From assembly GCA_017499595.2 (NCBI GenBank), contig CM039002.1, forward strand, positions 2,294,001-2,358,000: a stretch of DNA of 64,000 nt, read 5' to 3'. Under the pieces are notes generated by a model. It had not been told where the DNA came from and searched no databases. It saw only the letters and a program-made list of their open reading frames with translations. Shown here in pieces: positions 46,436 to 58,117 of the stretch; within the stretch, counting starts at the first letter, position 1; each line of letters begins with the position of its first letter. The translations under genes were made by a program, and so were the position numbers. Origin of the DNA: Psilocybe cubensis (taxonomy: Eukaryota).

Positions 46436-49400
46436 TCAGTCTAGGCTATGTAAATTCGAATCATTTTCATCCCCGAATGAAGAGAACTTCAGCAGCAACT
46501 GTACAATGAAGTGAAAAGTAAGTCTGCGCTCTGGAGATTGACGAAATAGAGTTTGTACGAACTCGGTCAACGGGTAGCACATGCAGGAGACCTTTGAATC
46601 GACCTTCATTAAACCTAGTGAGTGCAAAATGCGATTTAACCTGGGATGCAAGTATTAAGGATTCACGATTTGTGCTGTTGCACAAAAATCCCCCGAAGAT
46701 GTGCTCCCTATACGGATCGGGATCCGAGATAGGCGAAAGTTCTTGCACAATAAAGAAAAAGTTATCACAATCTCTACCATCAGAGTTGAGATAACGGTAG
46801 TGTAAGATGTGCATTACAATGCCAGCCGAATCTTTCGAAGAATCAAGACCCTGATATATGATAGGGCTGTCCCTGAAAGTGGAAGATGATGAAGTCCCGT
46901 AACACAGGCCATTGCGAGAGATTTCGTTGAGAAAAATGGCTTCTCTCGGCATCATTTCACTGTTGGAGCTTCTGCCGAGTAGGGTGCAAATCTTTGTATG
47001 GTTATTGGGGTCTAAAGTTCCAATTTGAGGTTTAGAACGAGGTGTGTATTCGGGGCATTCGGGTTCCAGAAGCGTGAGGAGCCTGAAGCCGCGAGCGTCT
47101 TCGCAATCAATCTTGTCCATGACGGAAATGAGCTCTTTCAACGAGGATTTCAGGCCAGCGTCACTATTCAAAACAGAACGTATGTTTGCGCTGCGTGCGG
47201 CTGTGCGTAACATGGTAGCTTCGAGCTCTCCTGCAGTTTGCATGGATTTATTCATTAATTAGAAGTGCTGAACAAAAAATGGTTGTAGGAAAACGTACCA
47301 GTCTTTGAATTGGTGTTGACTTGATGAAGAAAATTAATATATCTCTCGTAGTGCGGACTACTATGCGAATGATTTGGTCCAAATAAGCCTAACATGTCTC
47401 CGATATGGAGGCAAGCATGGTGATGTGGCTTTAACTTTTGATCGGGGTATAGTGTCCGAATGTTTTGGATGTATCGATGAATGAAGAAATTATAAGAGTC
47501 GATCTGGTTAGCGGATGTGACACGCATGTTGGCTATACAAACAGCCGAGACAAGATCCATGAAATGATTGAGGAGATTTCTTTGACGTTCCGAACCATTG
47601 CTCCAAAGTCGAATAAGAGTAATAGGTAGATGTATGGTGGATACAACTCTCCAATTATTAGCCGTTAGCTTGCCTCTCTGGGTCGTCCCCCAATTCGGTG
47701 GAGCGCGGGTAATCCAAGACGGTGTCTGGGTACAGTGCATGTCATTCCAAACATTAGTCATGACGTCGCGTCCCAGGACTGGACGAGAACGTTCAATTAG
47801 CTGGCGGGAGCTCTGAGGAATGAAAGCCTCCAATTCTTCAATGGATTCTGGGGAGTTCTCGATCTAAATTGGGGTCAATGTTTATAAGAGTCAAAGGCTC
47901 ACAGCGGGTGTAGAATCATACCCGATCAATAATTTTCTCGTATAACTCTCGCTTGGGGAATCCTCTGGCCAGACGCCTTACGTCAGTACGATTTATCTGC
48001 ATCAAGTCACATATGTATGCCAGGGTGGTCCCATTGGATTGATGAAACGCCATGGCACGGGAGGCGTCATCGTTTTTAACGAGATTCCGCAAAATTCGAA
48101 TCACTTGCGCTCGATCTATTCCACCTTGTGGAGGCAGCACTACTGGTACAGAAGGCTCAGCTTGTGGCTGATCGACCACTACCGGCGGCAACCTCGTCCG
48201 AGTCAATCCATGATAATTGGCACTTTGCCTCTAATTTCCAAATCCAAAGCTGAGAAATTCAATCACAAAGGTGTAAACCAAATTACGCACCCAAGCATGG
48301 ATATTTTTTGCCAATACCCACTTTGTTCCAACTACTAATTGATGTCCTTCTCCTCTAATATCTTCATCCACACAAATTTTGTACAGGACTGAGCGTGGAT
48401 GCAGCAGGAGATCAGTCACCATGGTGTCTGCGTTTGCGCGTATTATGCTAACGCATTGGTTAAAGGAGGTACGTTGCTCCTTCGTGAAAATCGGCTCTGC
48501 ATGCGCAGCAGGAGGGGCTCTTGTCAACCCATCACCACCATCATGGCTGAGATCTATTTGAAAAATTGAACGACAATGGTTTTGGAGAAGGTTGAGGTCG
48601 AGCGCATGCATGGGATCAACAACAGTGTGACGAACGATATCCCAATACGGAAGACGATGGAAAGGCGACCATTTGATTCCAAAGGATGCAAAAATAGATT
48701 GTTGATCCTTCTCTGTGCGAGCGTCTTTCCATTGATGGGCGATGTTTCGAATGTCTTGAATATTCTTGGAAGGCCACTCAGACCGATCGAGTATGTCGAT
48801 GTCGTCAATATCAATGTCGCAAAAGGTGCAGAAGTGGTGTGAGGTGGCTGAACTATAGCCAATGATCTGCCGGACCCCCAGCATATCACAAATCAAGGGA
48901 ACAAGCATGGCTCTAAAAAGTCTTCCTAAAGGGCATTTCTCCGTACGTGAGAACCAAACTCCAGTCATCCAAAATTCTAAAAGGTCGTCCATAACAAGGT
49001 CGATATATGGGAAAATGCCTTCTTTTGGCGGTTTGTCGGGTCCTGAAATGACACCAGCAAGGTACATATTTTCGTGCAAATATCGGAGATGCTCCGGAAG
49101 GTTCATCAATACCATCCAAATGCCTGTCGACAACGCAGTCTGCTTCGCAGTTTTCATATGAAAGGGATTGAAACTATCGACGGAAAGGCTAAACACTAAC
49201 CGACCCTCTCCATCCTTTCCAGGAAAGAAAGCGTTACCGAATCGGTCTTTGAGGTTTTTGAACATATCTGTGTTCCATATATCCTCTACAGGGGAAGAGG
49301 AAGGTATTCCAGAAGCACGGTCGGTGTCGATTATTGCCTCCATGCCATTCCGCGACAATAAACGCCCCACCCAAGTCTTCAGATCCTGATGAATATACTT

Positions 49401-50487
49401 CCGGAGAGGTTGCATACGTGATTCCCCATTCCCTCCTATTGGAATTTTTTTCCAAAGTGGCGCCCCACATGGAAGCGACTCGGGGGTGTTGAGGTGTTCG
49501 CAGTGAGTTATGAAGGGTTCATGTTCGTTATCCGGACTGTCGCCGGGTTGGAAGGGATACAAACTATGACATGAAGGGCAAACAATGAATTGACGAGTCG
49601 TTGGTTCAAGACGGGCACGAGAGGCGCCTGCTCAAGGGTCCTTTGGCATTGACTTCATAAGAAGTTGGGGTGCATCGATTCCTCGAAGCAGGCTTTTGTG
49701 ACCAGCCAAAAGAATACGTAATGCCCGACGACTTACGAAAAACATGTTTTCCATAACGAGTGAGAGAGATGTGGCCACTTTTAAAACCGGGTTCAAGGGG
49801 CCAAAGGGTTGAAAATGTACATCTGAGTGAAAATGTTCACGTCAGTCTCACACCATACCAGGCAGATCAATAGCTGAGCGAACCTGTATTGACGAAAGGG
49901 ATCCCAATGCCATGGTCCCCCCGTTGCTGTGACCATTCAATTTCTTTCAGTCGAGTCAGGTTGCCCATTTTATTTTCGATGAGTTCCAGAAAATCTTCGG
50001 TTTCTTCAGGTGGTTGCAATTGTGATGCCAGACGGTAGAGTTCTTTCAACCGTGTTGCAATGGAAATAAATGTCCGGTTGCATTGGTCACTGGTGAGCGC
50101 ATAAAGGCTTTGATGTTCGGGTCTGAATATTTCTTCGGAGGAGGGCCATGCAAATTCGCCATTGTCTTCTGGAGGGTTCACAAAGATGAGTGGCCTTGAG
50201 GGGTTGATGATTGGCAAAGACATCAGAACATTGACTTCAAGGGTTGCCAGTTCAACCCAACTTGGAGGGGGGTTAGACAAATTAGTCGAATTATTTTGGA
50301 CAATGAGGGCCATGGAGGTAGCACTGGCATGGTCATCTCTGACATGGTTGTCTCGAGTTGATCTCGACACAAGTTGACCGCCTTCGTAACAACCTGTCAC
50401 CGGGTTGAAGATGGAGCAGTAAGATTGGCAAGTGCAGAGGATTAAGTTAGACCGTTGCTGACGACCTCCACTTCTGCCCCTTATCAT
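46436..50487 (-). mobile_element. En/Spm (CACTA/CMC) Tnp2-type transposase gene, multi-exon, with one in-frame stop
   Basis: LVFSLSVDSFNPF...MNLPEHLRYLHENMYLAGVISGP, ICDMLGVRQIIG...HHFCTFC, WSPFHRLPYWD...VDPMH, GKLTANNWR, PHHHACLH...FGP...YERY. TGA at 49632-49634 in PKDP(R). 3' end approximate. Confidence 0.88.
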
Positions 50488-50679
50488 GGCTGCTAGATGG
50501 ACGTTGAGGAAGAGCTAACCCAGGTAAGTTGTTGAAAAACCCGAGGTGCGACCTTCAATTTCGGTAATTATATAACTGATGTTCATCGTCAAGCATAGTC
50601 ATAGAAGTAATTTTCCTGTGATCCACGACCAAAGAGCTTTGGAGGTGGATGATCAGAGGAAATTAAATTAAAGTGCTTA

Positions 50680-51709
50680 CAATCAACAAAGATAGGGGGG
50701 GCATCACGTGTAAATTTAGTACTCCGCCTGACGTACAGCCAGTACCTCTTGTTTATAACCACATCATCAACGCACGCCCACGACTACAGAAGCTCTTCTG
50801 TAGTCCTTGCCTTGGACACCCCTCAATCCCGCTTGATACAGAAGGTCTTCTGTATCAATCCTGGGTATTGCATTGGGCGACCACCCGCGTTTGCACGCCA
50901 ACTGACTACGGAAGCTCTTCCATATATAGCCAGACGCGTCGTAGACTCCATTGAACACTACAGAAGCTCTTCTGTAGCTTTCTTCGCTGGCCATAACGTT
51001 CAAGACTACAGAAGCTCTTCTGCAGCCTTGCTCTGTTCCAGCTCGCGATAACGACTCTGTGTCTGCGTGCTCCAACACCGAAACCACTCTGACACGCAGT
51101 GCATTTGTGTAAGTTTAGATGCTATTCCTCCCCGGTCTGTCAGATAACTAATATGGGCGGCTCTTAGATTGTTCTTTATGCCAAACCAAGCACCCATCAA
51201 TTGGTCGGAAGGGTCGGCATTCATTCAGAAGGGCACAATCTATGCGTCTCCCAACTCCAAGCGAGTGGTCCTCATCCCCCCTCCCAACCAGGACTTTAAA
51301 GAGGTCTTTGCACGCAAATTCACATCGACAGACGCGTCCCTGCACGACCTAGAACTGGAGGGATTCAAGCAACCCATTCGGTGGCATGATTCATATGGAT
51401 GGATGGCTTTCTTTCCACTGTCGCCCTCTTTTGTGTCCTTGCCGTTCAAATTTCTGTGCTGGAGTCCAAAGTTATTTTACCATAGGGATGGCCAGATAAA
51501 CCCACGGGTGCCAAAGCAACTGCCTACCTGGGCCATGGACACGCTGGAACAACGAAAATGGCACGACTGCAAGGTCAATTTAATCCTGGTGGCTGAAAAA
51601 GTGCGCCTGTGGTGTCGCATACCGGGGACGCCACCACCAGTCCCGCAAAGCTTGGGGTATATGCTTAAACATCGCACTGAGGAAGCCGCCTACCACAGTA
51701 TCAATGCCA
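50680..51709. repeat. Inverted duplication arm A' (partner 1469-2501)
   Basis: See arm A; begins ~190 bp upstream of the transposase start codon. Confidence 0.92.
50782..51030 (-). repeat. Second copy of the five-hairpin array, between the divergent transposase and gene X'
   Basis: Same five palindromes and essentially the same spacers as 2148-2392; one unit has a TATA insertion near 50921-50927. Confidence 0.85.
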
Positions 51710-52186
51710 CCGGACTCCACCCCGATGACAGTAGGAAAGACAACCAACTCTGGTTCGACGAGTATCACAGTTGACGGGCACTGTCATCCTATGTGTCTTC
51801 CTCAGGCGCGTAACTGCACTTTCTCATTTTTTGGATCTCTCCCAAATACACCAACCGCACCCAAACTTTTATGTTTTTGAAGAACCTCGAGCAGAAAATC
51901 TTCACTGGACGCCTCAAGTCCAGCCAACTTGTGGAAGGTACCTGTCACACAGAACGGATCGCAGTGGGTAGAATGGACCCCTACCAACGAAGCCTGGTAT
52001 CTGGAATGTGTGGAGGCTATCCTCACTCGCCAGGCCCAGCCCTTGACAAGAGGACAATGGAAAACAATGTTGCGCGGGACCCCTCCTAGTCGCAAGCTAC
52101 AGGCTTCGGCATCTCAACGCGCTCAGGCCTTCGTCGACGCGCATGTTTCTGTGGTAGCCTCATTTAATGGTGCCCCAGGTTTGTAG
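51178..52186 (+). pseudogene. Internally deleted copy of gene X
   Basis: Matches left gene 2000->1469, then jumps at CCGGA microhomology (~51710) to left ~270->160 (a ~1.2 kb deletion), then continues into an apparent C-terminal part (WTPTNEAWYLECVEAIL...QWKTMLRG). Confidence 0.75.
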
Positions 52187-52624
52187 TTACAAATGTATTT
52201 GTGAGTCTTTTGTAACCTGGAACTGACCGCTTTCTGACCGATATTCTTAGACGTACACGTTTTTTTTTCTTGCCCCATATGTCAAATATATATCTGTTTT
52301 TGGTGTCTAGGATATCGATCGCACGCGTGATATTTATAAATTAGGGCAGGCAAGTAGTCCAAAATATTATAACGAAATTACATATAAAAAAAAGAACAGC
52401 AAGCAAGGCAGTGGAGATATATACTCAAAGGGAATGCAGTGCCAGGTATAACGACAAAATGGATGCGAACTATTTACATGGGTAAGGCGAGTAGACCAAG
52501 ATGAAAACAACAAGACAGCAACAATATAAAATGAAGTCAGCCAAGATATAAGAGCGAGCAGTGCAAGATCAGAAAAATGAAAAGAGAGGGGAGGGTGCAA
52601 TAAGAAATACGTCGATGAAGTGAA

Positions 52625-53199
52625 CTAGACGCGCTTGGGAGTGACACTGTAGCGACGGCAATATTCCTCGTATTGGTTGTGGGGTACATATCGGCGAAAA
52701 ACGCTCTCGAGTTCCATTTCAGCTGCAAAGGCCTTGTCGTCGAGCAGACATGACTTGGTGTGGAGGTCGACGTCCAACTGCGACCCCGGGATAGCACGAG
52801 CCAGGCGACGGTGCACTTTCTCCAAGCGCCTAGCCAATTTGATGTGCTTGTCCACCAAGGGTTGAGCCCTCTGCTCCACTACAAGAACTGTCAAGAAGGA
52901 TGTCACAACAAGAACACAATTAACTCACCTGAGACCGTCCAGAAGCGCCTCCAGGCCATGATCCTATCTTCTATACCACCCCATAGACCATGCCAAATCA
53001 AAACAATGGGCGAAGGCAGAATGCAACGAAGGAGTTTGGCCAAAATATTGGTGCCGTGGTATGGGATGGCCAGGGCAAAATGGAGAAGAAGGAGGACCAA
53101 TTCCACACCATAGAAAATTGTGCAGATGAGGAGAAACAGGACAGTGATGATGAGAAGAAGGAATGAAGCTACAGCTCCAAGGAATGCCAGGAATGCCAT
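52625..53199 (-). CDS. Small two-exon membrane protein, hypothetical
   Basis: MAFLAFLGAVASFLLLIITVLFLLICTIFYGVELVLLLLHF...; GTGAGT donor near 52928; second exon to stop at 52625. Confidence 0.5.
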
Positions 53200-53499
53200 G
53201 TTGTGGTGGTAGTTGAAGTACCCAATGTGTTGAGAGAGGGCAAGAGGGTAGCTGAGGCAGAAGAGATTTTTTGTAGTGGATGGTGGTGGTTGAAAAGCAA
53301 AAGAAGCGCGTGAAAGATGGGGTCCAATTTTTATACCCAGCATGGCAAACGATGGCAAACGAAGTTACAGTTCAGAGGTTTTGGTTTGGCTGTCTGGCAA
53401 GTATGTATATTCGCCCACAATCTAAAGCAAACATTCTATGTACTAACTATCCTTCACCACCCTGACTTTCCAGAGGCAATCCGCACCTTACGTATACAT

Positions 53500-54240
53500 C
53501 GCCTTCCTAGCCCGCCCCTGCCTGTCTCTGCTCTCCACCACCCTCCTCCACCCTTCCTAGACCGCCACTACCTCTCTGTGCTTTCCTGAACCTTCTCTTG
53601 GCCCACCCCTTCCTGTCTCTGTCCTCCTGCGCATGCCCCCTCCCTGGCCTTACAAGCCTCTCTGTCCCTTCCTGCAACCTTCCTAGGCCGCCTATCCCCT
53701 CCTGCACCCTTCCTAGGCCACCTCTACCTCTCTCAACCCTCCTGCACCCTCCTGCACCCTCCCTGGACTTCCCAGCCTCTCTCTGACCTCCTCAACCCTC
53801 CTGTACCGGGGGACTAGACCCTTCCTAGGCCGCCTCTGCCTCTCTCAACCCTCCCCATCCCCTCATGTACCCTCCTGCACCCTCTTGTACCCTCCTGCAC
53901 CCTCCTGTACCTCCTGTACCCTCCTACACCCTCCTACACCCTCCTGCACCCTCCTGCACGCTTCCTGGACTTCCCAGCATTTCTCAGACCTCCTCAACCC
54001 TCCTGTACCCTTCCTAGGCCGCCTCTGCCTCTCTAAACCCTCCTCATCCCCTCCTGTACCCTCTTGCACCCTCCCTGGACTTCCCAGCCTCTCTATGACC
54101 TCCTCAACCCTCCTGGACCCTCCCTGGACCCATCCTAGGCCCCCTCTGCCTCTCTCAACCCTCCTCATCCCCTCCTGCGCCCTTCCTAGGCCACCTCTAC
54201 CTTTCTCAACCTTCCTGCACCCTCCTGCACCCTCCTAGCA
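53500..54240. repeat. Pyrimidine-rich (C/T strand) degenerate modular repeat
   Basis: Recurring CCCTCCTG(C/T)A, CTTCCTAGGCC(G/A)CCTCT(G/A)CCTCTCTCAACCCTCC and CCTGGACTTCCCAGC modules. Confidence 0.9.
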
Positions 54241-54636
54241 TCGTCCTCGTCACGATCCAGCTAAGTCGACACGCTTTTCGGCGTCGTCGACGCGCGGTCT
54301 CGGTGCGTCGGGTTCGGTCGTCGTCGTTGCTTGACTTCGCGTCGTTCGCGTCGATGGGGCGCGGTCTCGCTGCATCGCGTTGGCCGTCGCGTTGTTGTCG
54401 TTGGCGTCGACCTGGTCGTCTAGTGGGGCGCGGACTCTCACCTTCCGACGTCGTCGTCCGACCCCGAATTGTTTGACTCCGCGTAGATGGCGTCGATGGC
54501 GTCGTGTTGGGTGGCGTCGACCTCGTTGTGCTGGGTGGCGTCGACCTTGTCTTCTGGGATGGCTGCTATGTCATCGCCGTTGTTGCTCAACGTCGTCGTT
54601 GGAACAGTCGGACGGACGACTGTTCCAACGACGACA
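54241..54636. repeat. CpG-dense patch of CGTCG/GTCGAC motifs
   Basis: Many CGTCGT, CGTCGA and GTCGAC words in ~400 bp, starting abruptly after the C/T repeat. Confidence 0.7.
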
Positions 54637-54696
54637 TTTTTAGAACTCTGCTGGGCGTCTTAGGGACTTGAACCATCTGAAATACGAATACCTGTA

Positions 54697-54784
54697 ACCT
54701 GTATGGTGCAGTGGTAAAGTCATTCGTTTCATTCCCTTTTGTTTGTAAGATCGTGCGTTCGATCCCGCACGAGCGTCGTTTTTT
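54697..54784 (+). pseudogene. tRNA-like relic (A box, B box, T-run)
   Basis: TGGTGCAGTGGTA (A box), hairpin TCGTGCG-TTCGATCC-CGCACGA with GTTCGATCC (B box), then TTTTTT. No proper anticodon arm or acceptor stem. Confidence 0.45.
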
Positions 54785-55405
54785 AGGACTTGATAGAAAT
54801 ATAATAACGTTATACATACACTTGTAAAGTACGAAGTGACTAAACTAATCAAATCTCCCACCTCTTGGTGTATGTATGTCTTAACCTTCATTCAGTTAAG
54901 CGCCTCCTCACTTGGGGTATGAATTCTTGGCACTATATGTCACTCGTCACAAACTGAATATATTACTGGATTATATAATATAATTATATTGTTTAACATA
55001 ATATTTTTAACCCATCAAGTTTGATTTTTATTATTCATTTATTTAAATATCAAACGGGACCCGAGTAAGATATGTCTCATTTCGTTTGTCATTTCTTCCT
55101 CATTTAAACTGACTGAAATCGTGGATAAAATCTGCGATTTAAACATTGGAAGAAACACGACTAAATTGCAGATTAAATTTCAAATTTAATTACAATGAAA
55201 TCGATGATCAAATATGGAAGAAATTATTGATTTTTTTGACATTTATTCAACGATTAATAGACAGAATAAATAGGCCAATGCCCGTAGTGATAGATACCAG
55301 ATATATAGCAGTACTATGAGCCGAAAAACGATTAAAATAATCGTGCATGGAGGAAGCTCTCAGAGTCCTCAATATACATAAAACGAAGTGAATAAAGATA
55401 TGCCG

Positions 55406-57645
55406 CTATGATTTGCGCGAAATAGCTTCTCTCAAATCAGGAGAGCTGCCACGGGAGAGCAGAAGTGGTCGTTGCCCCCTCACTTGAGATGTGGCCTGGA
55501 CTGAGATGCTGCGCTCGATTGTCGCCGACGCCGAGGGTTGATCATATCCCTGTGCACTAAGGAATGCGCCATTCCCAACTGCGCTGAGCATAGGTTGGCC
55601 ATACCCTTGCGGTGGGGTCACTGTCGACCATTCTGAAAACCCGCCATCCGAGAAAACTGAAGGCGAAGTAAGGGCGGCAGAATTCCTCTGGCCAAAGGTC
55701 TGTGTTGATTGCTGACGGGAAAGCCATCTGGTATCATGGGAGTATACGCTTGTCGGAGATTCAGGGGAAGAAGGGATGAGAGGTATGGCTTTGCTCGCAT
55801 TGTAAGCCGGTACAGGTTTTCGAGGAGGCGCAGGCAGGCCACGGGACGTGAAAGAATCATTGCGAACATGTGTAGCAACATCCCGGCTGGACGACCGGGA
55901 GGGAGAAACAACGATGGGAGGGGGCGTGGCAATGTCAGAATCCCGCCCGAAACTTGGAGAGATGTTCCGACCGATGGTCGCTGCCTGAGCTGATCCGCGG
56001 TAATCTTCATGGTTCAGATACAAAGGTAATAAAGGTCTCGCCGATCCTGAACTAAGAGTAGACGGGGCAGTGGAATTTTCACTTTGCGTGCGGTAATGAT
56101 GAATCTTCTCTTCTAGCGCAGCACGTTCAAAAGGAGAAGGGGAAACACCGTACTTCTCAAGATTCGATGACGATGAAAGAGACTGTGACTTTCGGGAAGA
56201 AGCTGCAGATCGTGCTTCGAAGGCTGGGCCCAGAACTCGGAAAGTATTGTAAAGAAGCAGAACATCCACAAAGCCTAGACAAACTATCAGCTCATCTGGG
56301 TAATTTTATAACGGAGGATGAAATCGCTCACTCAAAGTAAACCAGCAGATAGATGCAAAGACTACAGCTTCATATGGTACGACAAACCCAGAGAGCATAA
56401 AAAGGCGAGTGACAGCGTATGGAATCAGGAAGGCGACGTAGGCTGTAAATAGGAGTCAGATATACACGCATACACACAACAAACATGGACTCATCAATAC
56501 AGACCAACTGGGTACCTTGAAAGGAGAGATTGATAAATGTCAACACCAAAATAATTGGATGATCATTTATTTCTTGACGTACCATAGCATGCTTCTGGCA
56601 ATACGTGCGACAAAACGATGATAATTTTCGCCTAACCCCTCCTTATTATTCCAGCGTTTGTTCGGGTTTAAGGTAATCTTTATGCCACTATTGAACTTCA
56701 GAGTACCACGAAGGACGAGGAAAATGAGCGAGTATAGAATGGCACCCAAGATCGAAGCGAGGAGAATCTAATTTGCAAAAGCATCAGATATGTAATGTCA
56801 AAGGTCATTTTCATACGTCAAGAGTCAGCGTACCGGCAAGATGTGAAAAATAAACAAGGCTTTTGGGAATATTGCTCGCACACCACACATTAAGCCAGCA
56901 GCACCATAAACATACCCTTCTTCAGGATGAACGAAGAAGGGTCCGACCGCTGAAAAGATTGTGAGACATTATGAACATCTCGTCACACAGCACGAATGTG
57001 GGGTAAAAGACGTACCAACGAGCAGTGAGAAAACCCAACCCACCGTAATGGCTGTACGGCAAACAAGGACAGACTGGCGCATCTTCAATACCAAGCAATT
57101 GAAAGTATGAACTGCTATAGCAATAGTGAAATAACCAGTCGAGAAGTTGCCAATTTGCATCAAAGTAGCTAATAAATTGGGGTCAATTAGAGAACAGGCG
57201 AATTCAGTAAGAACGCGATAATACGTACCTTGCATTCTGCACATCCAGCCTTGAGATGGGCATTAGGTTATTGAAGCATTGTCCAACGATGGCTTGGGCG
57301 CACCTTCTGTGATTCCCTGTTCCATAACCCAACTTAGCCCAATAACTCCAGCAATGGCGTCAAACACCATCCCTATGATCAAACAAGCAGCATATTGACC
57401 AAGCTGGGTGTTGAAAAAGACACATTCGTGACACTCAATTGGTGAATTTTGACGTCGGATGGCCAACCAGAATACCCTGAGAATAACGGAAACGAGAGCA
57501 ATAGTCGAAAGTACTGCAAAAACATTGACAGCCTGGAAGAAGGATATATCATCAGGGTCCATATGCTGCAGAACAGGGATTGGACACGTACAATCGCGCC
57601 CCCAATTTGACTCGAAGGAATAGGCGTAAATGTACTATTAGACAT
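55406..57645 (-). CDS. Git3/cAMP-receptor-like G-protein-coupled receptor, multi-exon
   Basis: About seven hydrophobic segments (AVNVFAVLSTIALVSVILRV; CRMQ|ATLMQIG...FTIAIAVHTF; ARSMLW|YPV; DVLLLYNT) and a long Ser/Pro-rich C-tail. Confidence 0.75.
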
Positions 57646-58117
57646 ATCTTCGGAGAAACGAAAATGAAAGATCGTAAAGAGTTGTAGTGTTCAAAGACAC
57701 TATCGAAAGTGGAGTTAAAAGAACGAAGATATAATGGTGACCTGCGCCAACGTCGTAATCCGGTAATGTCTCTCCTGAGGACACGTTAATGGAACCAGTC
57801 CGAAGGAACGAACGAAAGGGAACTGGGAGGCGGGAAATGGAAACCTCGACGAACGTCAAGAGAAAGCCTAACCAAGCTTTGACGCCAGGCCTGAAACGAA
57901 TGTGTACATGTGTTTACATACAGCGATTTATTTATTCCCAATTTGATGACATAGTACGACCATGAATGAGCAGGATGTCATGGAGGTAAACCTCACAACC
58001 ATCAACGATACGCACCGCACTGCACAGGAAAACCATAACCCGGGTACTATAATTGTACCTGGACGAGTGATGGCAAAAAACACTTGCTTTTTTCGCGTGC
58101 TCACTGCGGAATTGTTG

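Noticed and set aside
53507-54643. ORFs across the C/T and CpG repeats
   Set aside because: Low-complexity translations explained by the repeats.
1-54800. Starship element
   Set aside because: No tyrosine-recombinase captain is visible and the host looks basidiomycete; the only mobility gene besides the retrotransposon is a Tnp2-type transposase.
55281-55289. CCCGTAGTG (reverse CACTACGGG) as the right CACTA terminus
   Set aside because: It is only a 5-6 bp motif, lies ~120 bp from the GPCR stop (likely 3' UTR), and has no partner end or TSD in the window.
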